Assembly: GCA_001782045.1 (NCBI GenBank)
Contig: MFNK01000003.1
Coordinates: forward strand, 204,719 to 268,718
DNA from: Candidatus Levybacteria bacterium RIFCSPHIGHO2_01_FULL_36_15b
Lineage (GTDB): Bacteria > Patescibacteriota > Microgenomatia > Levybacterales > UBA12049
Length of the DNA stretch: 64,000 nucleotides
Direction: 5' to 3'
The translations under genes were made by a program, and so were the position numbers. The notes below the pieces were generated by a model that was not told where the DNA came from, made no database searches, and worked only from the letters and a program-made list of their open reading frames with translations. The stretch's first letter is position 1; each line of letters starts with the position of its first letter. Below are positions 19,923 to 29,350 of the stretch, one piece after another.

Positions 19923-21005
19923 TCAGCGTATTGAAAGTGTTTCCCGATCTTTGTAAGCCTTGCTTATGGATGTTAATAAGCCTAAAAAAATAAAATTTGA
20001 AACAAGAGAACTGCCTCCATAAGAAACAAAAGGCAATGTTATACCAACTATTGGCATTATTCCCATGTTCATACCAATATTTACAAATAGCTGGACAGCG
20101 ATCACAAAGAAGAATATAGCTAAGAAATTTCTATGAAATTTATTTTGCGTATTTATTATATATTTCATTATTTTATATAAAATAAATCCAAAACAAAAAA
20201 GCACGATGGCAACTCCAATAAATCCCAGCTGCTCAGAAATTGTTGCAAAAATAAAATCTGTCTGTCTTTCTGGCAAAAAACGCAGTCCAGATTGAGTACC
20301 TTGTCCAATTCCCTTGCCTGAAATCATGCCAGAGCCAACGGCAATCACAGATTGTATAACATTGTAGGATGTACCTAAAGGATCGCTACTTGAGTTCACA
20401 AAAGTTAAAATTCGCTGTTTTTGATAGTCATGTAAGAACTGAAACAAAAATGGAATTGCAAGTGCAAACGGAACTGAAACAAATAAAAAATACCTAAAAG
20501 GAAAACCCGCAAACAAAAGAGCACAAATTACGACAAGAGCATAAATAATTGCATTGCCTAAATCAGGCTGAAGATAAATAAGAAAGAATAACGGAGCAAG
20601 TAAAATAAATACTTGAAGAAATTCTTTAAAGTTAAAATATTTTATATTTGAAAGGTGACTTGCTAGGACAATTGCCAAAAACGGTTTAAGAATTTCAGAA
20701 AATTGAATCCTAAGTCCAAATAATTCTATCCATCTTACCGCGCCTCTTGATTCAATACCCAAAATTAATACTACAGAAAAAATAACAAGTGAAAATATAT
20801 AAATATGTTTAGAAAAAAATTTTAAAATATCTAAATTTGATTGTGAAATAAAAATAAAAATAAAAACAGATAACAAGAAAAGAATTAATTGTCCATTAAA
20901 AAATAAGGGATTAAGTGAAAAAAGCGTTACCAAACTTAACACAGAAAGAATAACTACCGGAACAAGAAGTCCAAAATCTAAATCTCTGAAAATAATTTTA
21001 CTCAT
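19923..21005 (-). CDS. rodA: Rod shape-determining SEDS protein RodA
   Basis: GAVRWI, QFSE, QPDLG, YQKQRI, FLPERQTDFIF and GITLPFVSYGGSS motifs. Confidence 0.9.
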   Translation of the reverse strand: MSKIIFRDLDFGLLVPVVILSVLSLVTLFSLNPLFFNGQLILFLLSVFIFIFISQSNLDILKFFSKHIYIFSLVIFSVVLILGIESRGAVRWIELFGLRIQFSEILKPFLAIVLASHLSNIKYFNFKEFLQVFILLAPLFFLIYLQPDLGNAIIYALVVICALLFAGFPFRYFLFVSVPFALAIPFLFQFLHDYQKQRILTFVNSSSDPLGTSYNVIQSVIAVGSGMISGKGIGQGTQSGLRFLPERQTDFIFATISEQLGFIGVAIVLFCFGFILYKIMKYIINTQNKFHRNFLAIFFFVIAVQLFVNIGMNMGIMPIVGITLPFVSYGGSSLVSNFIFLGLLTSISKAYKDRETLSIR

Positions 21006-23964
21006 TGGAAATGGAGAACTCTTTTCCTTCTTTTAGCTCTTTTACTTGGGCTCGTTTTTTAATAAAGCCTTCATATTCCTTCGGCCAGAATGGAAGTGTA
21101 ATATTAACTTTTTGATCTGGTTTCGTTTCAAGTTTTTTTCTCTGTTCCTGAATTTTTCTGACGATATCACGGGCCAAGCCAAAATTTAGATCAAGATTTT
21201 CATCGTTTGTTTGAGCCTCGACTGTATAATCCTGAATTTTTTTGTCAAATTTTAAATCGTAAATATTTGTCTCCCCCTTAACTACCCCTAGAACATCATC
21301 TGAAATGCTTTCAGGACCATTATATTTTGCCTTTCTTATTGGAATTCTAACCTTAACTTCTCTCTCTTTTCTTAAAGAATGTATTAATTCTGCAACCTTT
21401 TTTCCATTCACCATTTTGTTTTGTAAACTTATATCAATTAATTTATCATCGTATTTGGGAAAATCCTCTAAGTGAACTGATTCACTATTGGTCAGATTAA
21501 CATACATTTCCTCGGATAGAAATGGAATAAAAGCACCAAGAAGTTTTGTATACTCTGTTAATACGTACCATAAGACAAGAAGGCAAGTTTTTTTATCTTT
21601 TTCATTATCTGAATAAACTGCCACTCTGTCTCTTGATCGTCTGACATACCAATTCGATAAATCGTTTATTACAAAATTTTCTATATCCTCAACTGCTCTA
21701 TCTACCTGATACAATTCAATAAAGGTTTTTACATTTTTTATAGATTCGTTAAGTCTTGAAATTATCCATTTGTCTAAAACGTTATCGGAAGACAAACTAT
21801 ATTTTCGCGGAGGCTTAAAATTGTTCAAATTTGCATAGGTAACAAAGAACGAATATACGTTCCACAGTCTTAGATGAAACAAACGTCTAATTTCATCGGC
21901 AACATGATAGCCAAAGCTTAGATTGAGTTCGGGATTTTGTCTTAAATACATCCACCTCATTACGTCTACTCCGATTTTGTCTGCTGCTTCGTTGAATTCA
22001 ATCATATTTCCTTTACTTTTATGCATTTCTTCACCATGTTCATCTGTAACAGAAGCAAAACCAAGAATATCTTTAAATGGATTTGTATTATTTAAGGCTG
22101 TCGACATGGCTATTAATGAATAAAACCAATTTTTAAACTGACCGGGAAAACTCTCTGTTATAAAATTTGCCGGAAACCATTCGGAGGGCATAGTAGAGAA
22201 AGGAACTATACCTGCATCAAGCCAGGGATTTCCTACGTCTGGAATTCTAGAAATAACTTTCCCACATTTTGAACATTTTATTTTTACTTGATCTACCCAT
22301 GGTCTATGTGGAGATTTGCCTTCAAATTTTTCATATCCCTCAACGGCTTTATCTTTTAATTCTTCTTTTCCTGCTATAACATCAAAATTTCCGCACTTTT
22401 TACATTCCCAAATTGGCAGCGCCAGTCCCCAATATCTTTTTTTTGAAATTAACCAATCATGCATATTTTTAAGCCAATCGAGCTCTCTATCCAATCCCCA
22501 ATCTGGCAGCCAAGTAATTTTTTTTGCTACATCAATCATTTGTTCTCTATAAGTTTTTTTTGTATTGTCTTTTTTATCCATAGCTATATACCATTCATCA
22601 ACCACCCGCCAAACCAATTCAGTTTTACATCTCCAGCAAGTTGGATATCTGTGTATAATTTTTTGTACTTTAAATAAAAACTTGGGCTTTGATTGTTTTA
22701 AATAATCGATTATTATTTCAGGATTTTTCTTTGCATTTTTTCCGCTAAATTCACTTAAGCCTTTGACATAAGTTGCATCTTCTTCAATAGGAGCAATTAC
22801 GGGAAGGTTATATTTTTTACCAAGCTTGAAATCTTCTCCTCCTGCGCCTGTTGCGACATGCAAAAGACCAGTGCCTTCAGAATCCACAACTACCTCCGAT
22901 GCATCGATCACTGAGTGAAAAACTGTGACATTTTCTTCCCTCGCCTTTCTTACTAGAGAAAAGTCATCGAATGGGGCTTGGTATTTTAATTTCAGTATTT
23001 CTGTTGTCGATATTCCTTCTATATACTCTATATTCCTCTGTGATTCATCCATTATCCACTGTTCAAGCGAGACCACTGCGTTGTCTTTTTGTCTAATCCT
23101 CGTAGGAGGTTTCCTCTCTTCTCCTAGATGTAGGAATATTAATTTCTCTCCAGATACTCTATCTTTCCAAATACCATAATCATATTTAGTATTAATTCCA
23201 ATCGCAACGTTAGCCAAAACTGTCCATGGAGTTGTTGTCCAAACCAAGAAATACGTGTTATCCATGTCTATAATTGGCAACTTGAAGAATATTGTGTCGT
23301 GTGCTATTTCCTTATACTCTTCTGTCAATATTTCCATTTGAGAAATTGCTGTGCCGCATCTAGGGCACCAGGGAACACTATCGTGTCCTTTATACAGCCA
23401 CCCTTTTTCATTTACTACTTTTAAGAAATTCCAAATTGCATAATTGTTTTCGTCCGATGATGTATGATAGGAGTTTTCCCAATCCATAAAATATCCAAGC
23501 CGCTTTGACTGCTCTGTCTGAATTTTGGAAAATTTTGCAACTCTTGCTTTACATAAATTTATAAACTTCTCGAGACTTTTAAACTTGTCTCCGGCAACTA
23601 AATTTTCTATGTCTTTTTTGCTCTTAAGGCCAAGTTCTTTCTCTACTTCTACCTCTACCCATAGTCCTTGCTCATCAAATCCGTTTTGAAATCTTTGTTT
23701 CTTTCCGTTCATATTCCAATATCTTTGCCAAAAATCTTTGTAAGTTCTTCCCCATGCATGATGTACTCCCATTGGGTTATTTGCGGTAATTGGACCGTCT
23801 AAAAATGAAAATTTTTCTTTTGATAAGTTATTTTTCTTAAGATATTTTTCAATAACTTTTTTGGCTTCCCACTTAATTAACCACTCTCTTTCTAGCGAGG
23901 AAAAATCAATTTGCGGATTTACTGATTTAAATTTTTTAGAGTCTTCACTATTTATTTTTGACAT
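20998..23964 (-). CDS. ileS: Isoleucine--tRNA ligase (type 2) with variant signature motifs
   Basis: DGPITAN..GVHH (HIGH position), WTTTPWT editing motif, DWLISKKRYWG, EMHKSKGN (KMSKS position), LSNWYVRRSR. Confidence 0.93.
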   Translation of the reverse strand: MSKINSEDSKKFKSVNPQIDFSSLEREWLIKWEAKKVIEKYLKKNNLSKEKFSFLDGPITANNPMGVHHAWGRTYKDFWQRYWNMNGKKQRFQNGFDEQGLWVEVEVEKELGLKSKKDIENLVAGDKFKSLEKFINLCKARVAKFSKIQTEQSKRLGYFMDWENSYHTSSDENNYAIWNFLKVVNEKGWLYKGHDSVPWCPRCGTAISQMEILTEEYKEIAHDTIFFKLPIIDMDNTYFLVWTTTPWTVLANVAIGINTKYDYGIWKDRVSGEKLIFLHLGEERKPPTRIRQKDNAVVSLEQWIMDESQRNIEYIEGISTTEILKLKYQAPFDDFSLVRKAREENVTVFHSVIDASEVVVDSEGTGLLHVATGAGGEDFKLGKKYNLPVIAPIEEDATYVKGLSEFSGKNAKKNPEIIIDYLKQSKPKFLFKVQKIIHRYPTCWRCKTELVWRVVDEWYIAMDKKDNTKKTYREQMIDVAKKITWLPDWGLDRELDWLKNMHDWLISKKRYWGLALPIWECKKCGNFDVIAGKEELKDKAVEGYEKFEGKSPHRPWVDQVKIKCSKCGKVISRIPDVGNPWLDAGIVPFSTMPSEWFPANFITESFPGQFKNWFYSLIAMSTALNNTNPFKDILGFASVTDEHGEEMHKSKGNMIEFNEAADKIGVDVMRWMYLRQNPELNLSFGYHVADEIRRLFHLRLWNVYSFFVTYANLNNFKPPRKYSLSSDNVLDKWIISRLNESIKNVKTFIELYQVDRAVEDIENFVINDLSNWYVRRSRDRVAVYSDNEKDKKTCLLVLWYVLTEYTKLLGAFIPFLSEEMYVNLTNSESVHLEDFPKYDDKLIDISLQNKMVNGKKVAELIHSLRKEREVKVRIPIRKAKYNGPESISDDVLGVVKGETNIYDLKFDKKIQDYTVEAQTNDENLDLNFGLARDIVRKIQEQRKKLETKPDQKVNITLPFWPKEYEGFIKKRAQVKELKEGKEFSISNE

Positions 23965-23973
23965 AATAAATTT

Positions 23974-24441
23974 TTAGTTAATTGAAACTAATTCAATTTC
24001 GAAAATAAGAGGTGAATTTGGCGGTATTGCTCCGGGAACTCCTTGCTCACCATATGCTAAAGAGGATGGAATGGTTAATTTTCTTATGCCTCCCTTTTTC
24101 ATTCCAACTAAGCCTTTTTCCCACCCTTGAATAACCTGTCCAGCTCCTACATTAAATTGAAAAGTCTCATTGCGATCATAAGAGCTATCAAACTTTGTAC
24201 CGTTAGTTAAAGTACCTGTGTAATTTACTTCAACTATGTCCCCTTCTTTTACAGATACTCCTTGTCCTTCTTTTATATCTTCTATTTTAAGTTCATTTAT
24301 TTCCATAACTTGCTTTGTCGGCACGGGTGAACTAGAACTAGTTCCGTTTATAGTTGTTTTTGTCGTACTTGCATTATAAATAAAAAACGCAATAATTATT
24401 AAAACAAAAGCAGCTAAAATTATTCCTAAATTCCTGTTCAC
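23974..24441 (-). CDS. FKBP-type peptidyl-prolyl isomerase with N-terminal TM anchor
   Basis: VNYTGTLTNGTKFDSS, VIQGWEKG, LAYG and IPPNS.LIFEIEL motifs. Confidence 0.93.
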   Translation of the reverse strand: MNRNLGIILAAFVLIIIAFFIYNASTTKTTINGTSSSSPVPTKQVMEINELKIEDIKEGQGVSVKEGDIVEVNYTGTLTNGTKFDSSYDRNETFQFNVGAGQVIQGWEKGLVGMKKGGIRKLTIPSSLAYGEQGVPGAIPPNSPLIFEIELVSIN

Positions 24442-24448
24442 CTGATAA

Positions 24449-24457
24449 ATTATAACA
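24449..24457 (-). promoter_or_regulatory. Extended -10 promoter, leaderless FKBP gene (probably also drives ileS-rodA)
   Basis: TGTTATAAT-N7-GTG. Confidence 0.65.
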
Positions 24458-24492
24458 GTAATTATGAGGGTAAAACAACTTAATTTTGAAAC

Positions 24493-26010
24493 TTACCTAA
24501 AATTTAGCCCAAGTTCAATATTTGGGTCGTGTTGAATTTTCTGCTCGTTTGTATTTAAATTAAATTTCTGAACAATATATCCTGATTTAAAATTTTTAAT
24601 TTCAACTGGTGTTATTTTAATATTTGCTTTATTTTCAATCCACCATTGATGTCCCATATATGGATTATCGGGCGGCGGAGGAGATGCAATTACATAAGTC
24701 GTACCTTTTTTTCCATATTCAAATGCATTTGAACGAGCTGCTTTAAATGAGTAAAGCATTGCATAACGCTGCTGGTAAGCATATGCATCAGGGGAATAAA
24801 TAAAGTACCCAAACTCTTTACCTTTTTGCTCTTCAATTACGCTTTTTGCAACTTGTTTTAAGGAAATCCAGGAATCCAGTTTTTTTCCAATAAAATTATT
24901 TTGTGTATCACTTATATAATTTTTTGCAAAATTGAAATTTAAAAATAAAACAACAAAAATAAGTGGAATAAAAATAAATCTTGAAATTCCCTTAGATAAT
25001 GTAACCAGCCAGATTATCGTTAACGGAACAAGTAAGTAAATATAGTGGTAAAGTATTACCCCTTTGTTAAAGTAGGAAAGTGCCATATATCCAAAATAGT
25101 AAAATAATAAAAGAAGCAGTAAGGGTTTTTGTTTTGTATTATTTTTAATATGAATAAATGTAAAAATAATAATTAAAGCAAATATCAAAACGGAAAGAGG
25201 TTCTATGTTTTTTGCAAGTATTTGCATAGAAACAGTGTTATTTATTCTGTCATTTACCCATTCATTTAAGGGAACCAAAAATGCCGAATTTCCTCCTAAA
25301 TTAAAGAGTGCTTTCGCCATGCCAAAGTTATGACGAAAGTCAAATGCTATAAAGTTAGATACGCCAATGGGCAAGATAATAAATGCAATCAAGTGCTTCC
25401 ATAGTTTATTTTTTATAATTAATCCCAAAATCAAAGCTCCCGAGAGCATGATAAAAAGTATTCCAACGCCGATATTTAAGTGGATAAAAGCAGCAAGGAT
25501 CATAATGTGAAAAGCGAGATATTTAGATTTTTTAGTTTGCAGATAACTGTAAATGGTATATAGAAAAGAAGGAATTAAAAAAAAATTTACTTCTGCATGA
25601 AAAACACTATTTATATGAGGAACTAAGTATGTAGAAAGCAAAGACACTCCAAGCAATGACTCTATTGTTCCAAACAATCTTCTTAATATAAAAAAAGTGC
25701 TAAGTAAAAAAATGAAGCCGAGTATCACCCAAAACCATGCAGTTATAACTGGGTTACCCTGTCCAATTAAGTACGCCGGGTAGTTTACATAAGTCCACAA
25801 TGGTCCATGAAAAACGCCTTGAGTATTTGAACGTGGTCCTATTAAAACAATTTTCTTTTGATCAAGTTCCTGTAAAAGAAGAAAATCCCGTCCTATATCA
25901 TTTGTAAGTTTTATTTCACCTTGCAGAGGTAAATATGCTAAAAGATAAAGACTATAAAAAATAAATAGAATTATTATTGCAATAAATACTACTTTAACTT
26001 GCTTCAGCAT
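24493..26010 (-). CDS. Multi-TM GT-C-fold glycosyltransferase
   Basis: DIGRDF...LIGPRS...FHGPLWTY motif; about 11 TM segments plus a soluble C-terminus. Confidence 0.72.
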   Translation of the reverse strand: MLKQVKVVFIAIIILFIFYSLYLLAYLPLQGEIKLTNDIGRDFLLLQELDQKKIVLIGPRSNTQGVFHGPLWTYVNYPAYLIGQGNPVITAWFWVILGFIFLLSTFFILRRLFGTIESLLGVSLLSTYLVPHINSVFHAEVNFFLIPSFLYTIYSYLQTKKSKYLAFHIMILAAFIHLNIGVGILFIMLSGALILGLIIKNKLWKHLIAFIILPIGVSNFIAFDFRHNFGMAKALFNLGGNSAFLVPLNEWVNDRINNTVSMQILAKNIEPLSVLIFALIIIFTFIHIKNNTKQKPLLLLLLFYYFGYMALSYFNKGVILYHYIYLLVPLTIIWLVTLSKGISRFIFIPLIFVVLFLNFNFAKNYISDTQNNFIGKKLDSWISLKQVAKSVIEEQKGKEFGYFIYSPDAYAYQQRYAMLYSFKAARSNAFEYGKKGTTYVIASPPPPDNPYMGHQWWIENKANIKITPVEIKNFKSGYIVQKFNLNTNEQKIQHDPNIELGLNFR

Positions 26011-26055
26011 GTTAATATTATTAGGTAGAAATGAATATAATGCAAGTAATAGGTA

Positions 26056-27717
26056 ATGAATAATCTAAAAAGTTTATCAACAAAAACTGTACTAATTTTA
26101 TTATTTATAATTTTTGTTGCGGGTGCCTTCTTGAGATTTAATAACCTATCAGCAATACCAGCAGGGTTTCAAATGGATGAAGCCTCAAAGGGATATAGCG
26201 CTTATTCGCTACTTAAAACAGCAAGGGATGACAATAATATTTTTTTTCCGTTTAATATAGATATTTTTGGGGATAATAGCCCGGCGGGATATCATTATAG
26301 TGCAATCATTCCTGTTGCAATATTTGGATTAAGTGAATTTGCGGTTCGCTTTCCCGGGGCTATCTTTGGAAGTTTAACAATATTTGCTTTTTACTTTTTA
26401 ACATATTCAATATTTAAAGAGAAAAAACTAGGTTTATTAAGCGCACTGCTTCTTGCAACTTCCCCTTGGCATATAAATATGTCCAGGGCAAGCAGCGAAT
26501 CTTTAGTCGCTTTATTTTTTATAGTTTTGGGGTTTGCATTAATATTTTGGAGTCTTAAGACACAAAAAGTCGTACATGTTTTCTTTGCAACAATAGCTCT
26601 TTCATTAAGTTTTTTCTTTTACCAAACTCCGAGGCTTTTTGTTCCGGTTTTATTTTTTGTACTTTTAATTTTTATTCTTAAAACTTGGAAGTTAAAAATT
26701 GATAAAGATTATAAAAATTCATTAATAATTTCTTTTATTTTTTTAATCTCGCTTGTATTTACTTTGTTTTTTATTATTCCCGGAGGAAATAGAAGATTCA
26801 CGCAAGTAAATATATTTAGTGCCGCCGAAACAAAATTAGTTTTGGATGAACAAATAAAAAACGAGGGCGTAGTCGGAACAAGTCCTATAATTTCTCGCGT
26901 TTACGATAATAAAATTGTTGGCTTTACCCAAACCTATGTTTCCAACTATCTTAATCATTTCTCTTTTGACTATTTGTTTGTCAAAGGGCTTCCCCCTTGG
27001 TATCAAATTCCAAGTATTGGGGTTTTCTATTTAGTTTCTCTGCCATTTTTTTTATTAGGATTAGTTTTGCTTTTAACAAATAAAAATAATCTTTACAAAA
27101 TTCCAATTATATGGCTTGCTATTGGACCAACGGCTGCTGCGATATCAACGGAGGCTAATAATTTGCAAAGATCTTTAGTTATGTATCCAATGTTTGAAAT
27201 ATTTACAGCGTTTGGGTTGATTTATCTGTTTTCAAAAATAAAAAATAGCAAAATTTGGCTGGCTGTTATTGTTTTATTTGCGCTAAATTTTATCTATTTT
27301 TATCATCAGTACTATACACTTTCAAGGGTATTTCAGCCATGGTATAGAAATAATGGTTTTAAAGAGATGATTCAGGCTATAAGTAAAGACTATGAAAAAG
27401 CGGATAAGATAGTTACTACTAAATCCGGTGGAGGTTATCCTCTTTTCCAGTTTTATATTAAATATGACCCTGTAAAATATCAAAGTGAAGGTTCTCCAAA
27501 AGATAAAAATTATAAAGGCTTTGGCAAATTTTTCTTTACTCCAGATAATTGCCCGTTTATTTCTAAAGACCCATTAATTCCAAGAAATGGGAAATTAATA
27601 TTTGTAGAAGACGGAAGCTGTAAAGAAACAAAAGCGCTAGAAGGCAAAATATTTAAATATATTTTAAGAGTGGACGGAACTAAGGCTTTTAGAATTGTAT
27701 ATTTAGATAGTTTCTAA
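26056..27717 (+). CDS. GT-C (PMT/ArnT-like) glycosyltransferase
   Basis: LRF..L...P.G..MDEA..GY.AYSLL.T.RD, FGLSEFAVRFP and SPWHINMSR motifs. Confidence 0.8.
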   Translation: MNNLKSLSTKTVLILLFIIFVAGAFLRFNNLSAIPAGFQMDEASKGYSAYSLLKTARDDNNIFFPFNIDIFGDNSPAGYHYSAIIPVAIFGLSEFAVRFPGAIFGSLTIFAFYFLTYSIFKEKKLGLLSALLLATSPWHINMSRASSESLVALFFIVLGFALIFWSLKTQKVVHVFFATIALSLSFFFYQTPRLFVPVLFFVLLIFILKTWKLKIDKDYKNSLIISFIFLISLVFTLFFIIPGGNRRFTQVNIFSAAETKLVLDEQIKNEGVVGTSPIISRVYDNKIVGFTQTYVSNYLNHFSFDYLFVKGLPPWYQIPSIGVFYLVSLPFFLLGLVLLLTNKNNLYKIPIIWLAIGPTAAAISTEANNLQRSLVMYPMFEIFTAFGLIYLFSKIKNSKIWLAVIVLFALNFIYFYHQYYTLSRVFQPWYRNNGFKEMIQAISKDYEKADKIVTTKSGGGYPLFQFYIKYDPVKYQSEGSPKDKNYKGFGKFFFTPDNCPFISKDPLIPRNGKLIFVEDGSCKETKALEGKIFKYILRVDGTKAFRIVYLDSF

Positions 27718-27748
27718 TTCTTATTCCTCAAGAATGTGGGATGTCCCA
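27714..27748 (-). repeat. Displaced, degenerate second copy of the ftsZ 3' end (att-like direct repeat with 28185..28220)
   Basis: TGG GAC ATC CCA -CA TTC TTG AGG AAT AAG AAT TAG here, versus ftsZ TGG GAC ATC CCA GCG TTT TTG AGA AAT AAA AAC TAA. Both read WDIP(A)FLRNKN*. Confidence 0.88.
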
Positions 27749-28183
27749 TTATGTCATGTTCAAGTTTAATTGAATCGGATTAACCTTTGCTCCTTCTGGA
27801 ATAGGTGGATAATCTCCTGGCTGGGTATCTCTCCATCTTATTCTTGTTTCACCATCATCGCTGATTAAATTTTCGTCATTTATTTGAGGCCCAACCAATA
27901 TTTTCCGATTCTTTTGTTCATTTTCCCTAACGTTCCAAGTGTAAATCTCTATTGAGTCCTCTGAAATAGGTTTAACAAACTTTAGATCAGTATTAAATGC
28001 TTGTCCGATTTCAACGTTTTTATGAAGTTGCATTGGATTTAAAAGTTCAAGATCCGAACTATGAATTAAAGTAATTACGTCACTTTCCTTGATAGAATAA
28101 CTCCTATATTCAAGGACTTTACTTTTTTCAGTTTTCCTGAGTCCGAATAAACTTTTGTTATCCCAAACTGCTTCAACTGTCAT
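27749..28183 (-). CDS. Hypothetical protein (144 aa) on a putative insert in the ftsZ 3' end
   Basis: Intact ORF whose ATG is 1 nt after the ftsZ stop; no recognisable motif. Confidence 0.7.
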   Translation of the reverse strand: MTVEAVWDNKSLFGLRKTEKSKVLEYRSYSIKESDVITLIHSSDLELLNPMQLHKNVEIGQAFNTDLKFVKPISEDSIEIYTWNVRENEQKNRKILVGPQINDENLISDDGETRIRWRDTQPGDYPPIPEGAKVNPIQLNLNMT

Positions 28184-28184
28184 A

Positions 28185-29297
28185 TTAGTTTTTATTTCTC
28201 AAAAACGCTGGGATGTCCCAAGTGTCATCTTCTTCTTCAACAGGCGGCTCAACTGGAGGAGGCGGTTGGTTTGGATCTTGTGACTGTGCTTGTATGGGTT
28301 CGTTATTTAAAACCGGCGTTACAAATTCCTTAAGAACTTGCCTGGCTTGGTCAAAGCCAGTGGCCACTACTGTAATTTTCAACTGGTCATGCATTGTGTC
28401 ATCAATTGTTGCTCCAAAAATTATGTTTGCGTCAGGATCTGCTGCTGATGCAATAATTTTTGCTGCTTCGTCAACTTCTGTCATCGTTAAATCTGGTCCA
28501 CCGGTAATATTAAAAAGCACGCCACGCGCTCCTTCCATGGAAATCTCAAGAAGGGGTGAAGCAATCGCTGATCTTGCTGCGGTTTGCGCTCTATTTTCTC
28601 CTACTCCAGTCCCGATTCCCATTAAAGCAGAACCGGCATTCTGCATAATTGATTTTACATCTGCAAAATCAACGTTAATAAGCCCGGGTTGAGTTATAAT
28701 TTCGGAAATTCCCTGCACCCCTTGTGTTAAAACTGAGTCGGCAACTTTAAATGCTTCAAGAAGGGATAATTTTTTATCGACTACATCTAGTATCCTTTGG
28801 TTGGGGATTACAATTAAAGTATCAACTTTATCTTTTAATTCTTCAATTCCGTCTTCTGCAGCAACCATTCTTCGAGTCCCTTCAAATGCAAAAGGTTTTG
28901 TAACAACCGCAACAGTTAATACATTCAATTCCTTTGCAGCCTGTGCGATAATTGGAGTTGCCCCTGTTCCTGTTCCTCCTCCCATTCCAGCGGCTAAAAA
29001 AAGCATGTCCGTACCATCAATTAGTTCTTTTATTTTTTCGTAAGATTCTTCTGCAGATTGCTTACCAACTTCTGGGTTTCCTCCTGAGCCAAGACCCTTT
29101 GTTAAGTCATCGCCTATTTGAAGTTTTGTAGCTGCTTGATTTAAAAGAAGCTGTTGTGCGTCTGTATTTACAGAAATAAAGTCAACTCCCCCAATGCTAC
29201 TCTGCGAAATCATGGAATTGAGTGCATTACCTCCTCCTCCACCTACACCCATAACTCTTATTTTTGCAAAATTGGTTGTTTGGGGTTTAATTAGCAT
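28185..29297 (-). CDS. ftsZ: Cell division protein FtsZ
   Basis: [26 protein letters not shown] and C-terminal DIPAFLR. Confidence 0.99.
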   Translation of the reverse strand: MLIKPQTTNFAKIRVMGVGGGGGNALNSMISQSSIGGVDFISVNTDAQQLLLNQAATKLQIGDDLTKGLGSGGNPEVGKQSAEESYEKIKELIDGTDMLFLAAGMGGGTGTGATPIIAQAAKELNVLTVAVVTKPFAFEGTRRMVAAEDGIEELKDKVDTLIVIPNQRILDVVDKKLSLLEAFKVADSVLTQGVQGISEIITQPGLINVDFADVKSIMQNAGSALMGIGTGVGENRAQTAARSAIASPLLEISMEGARGVLFNITGGPDLTMTEVDEAAKIIASAADPDANIIFGATIDDTMHDQLKITVVATGFDQARQVLKEFVTPVLNNEPIQAQSQDPNQPPPPVEPPVEEEDDTWDIPAFLRNKN

Positions 29298-29311
29298 ACG
29301 AAATTAATGGA

Positions 29312-29340
29312 ATACTATCAGATATAAATTTTATTTGCAA
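29312..29340 (-). promoter_or_regulatory. Putative internal ftsZ promoter
   Basis: TTGCAA-N17-TAGTAT with TGn extension, 14 nt before the ATG. Confidence 0.5.
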
Positions 29341-29350
29341 GAGTTTAGGC

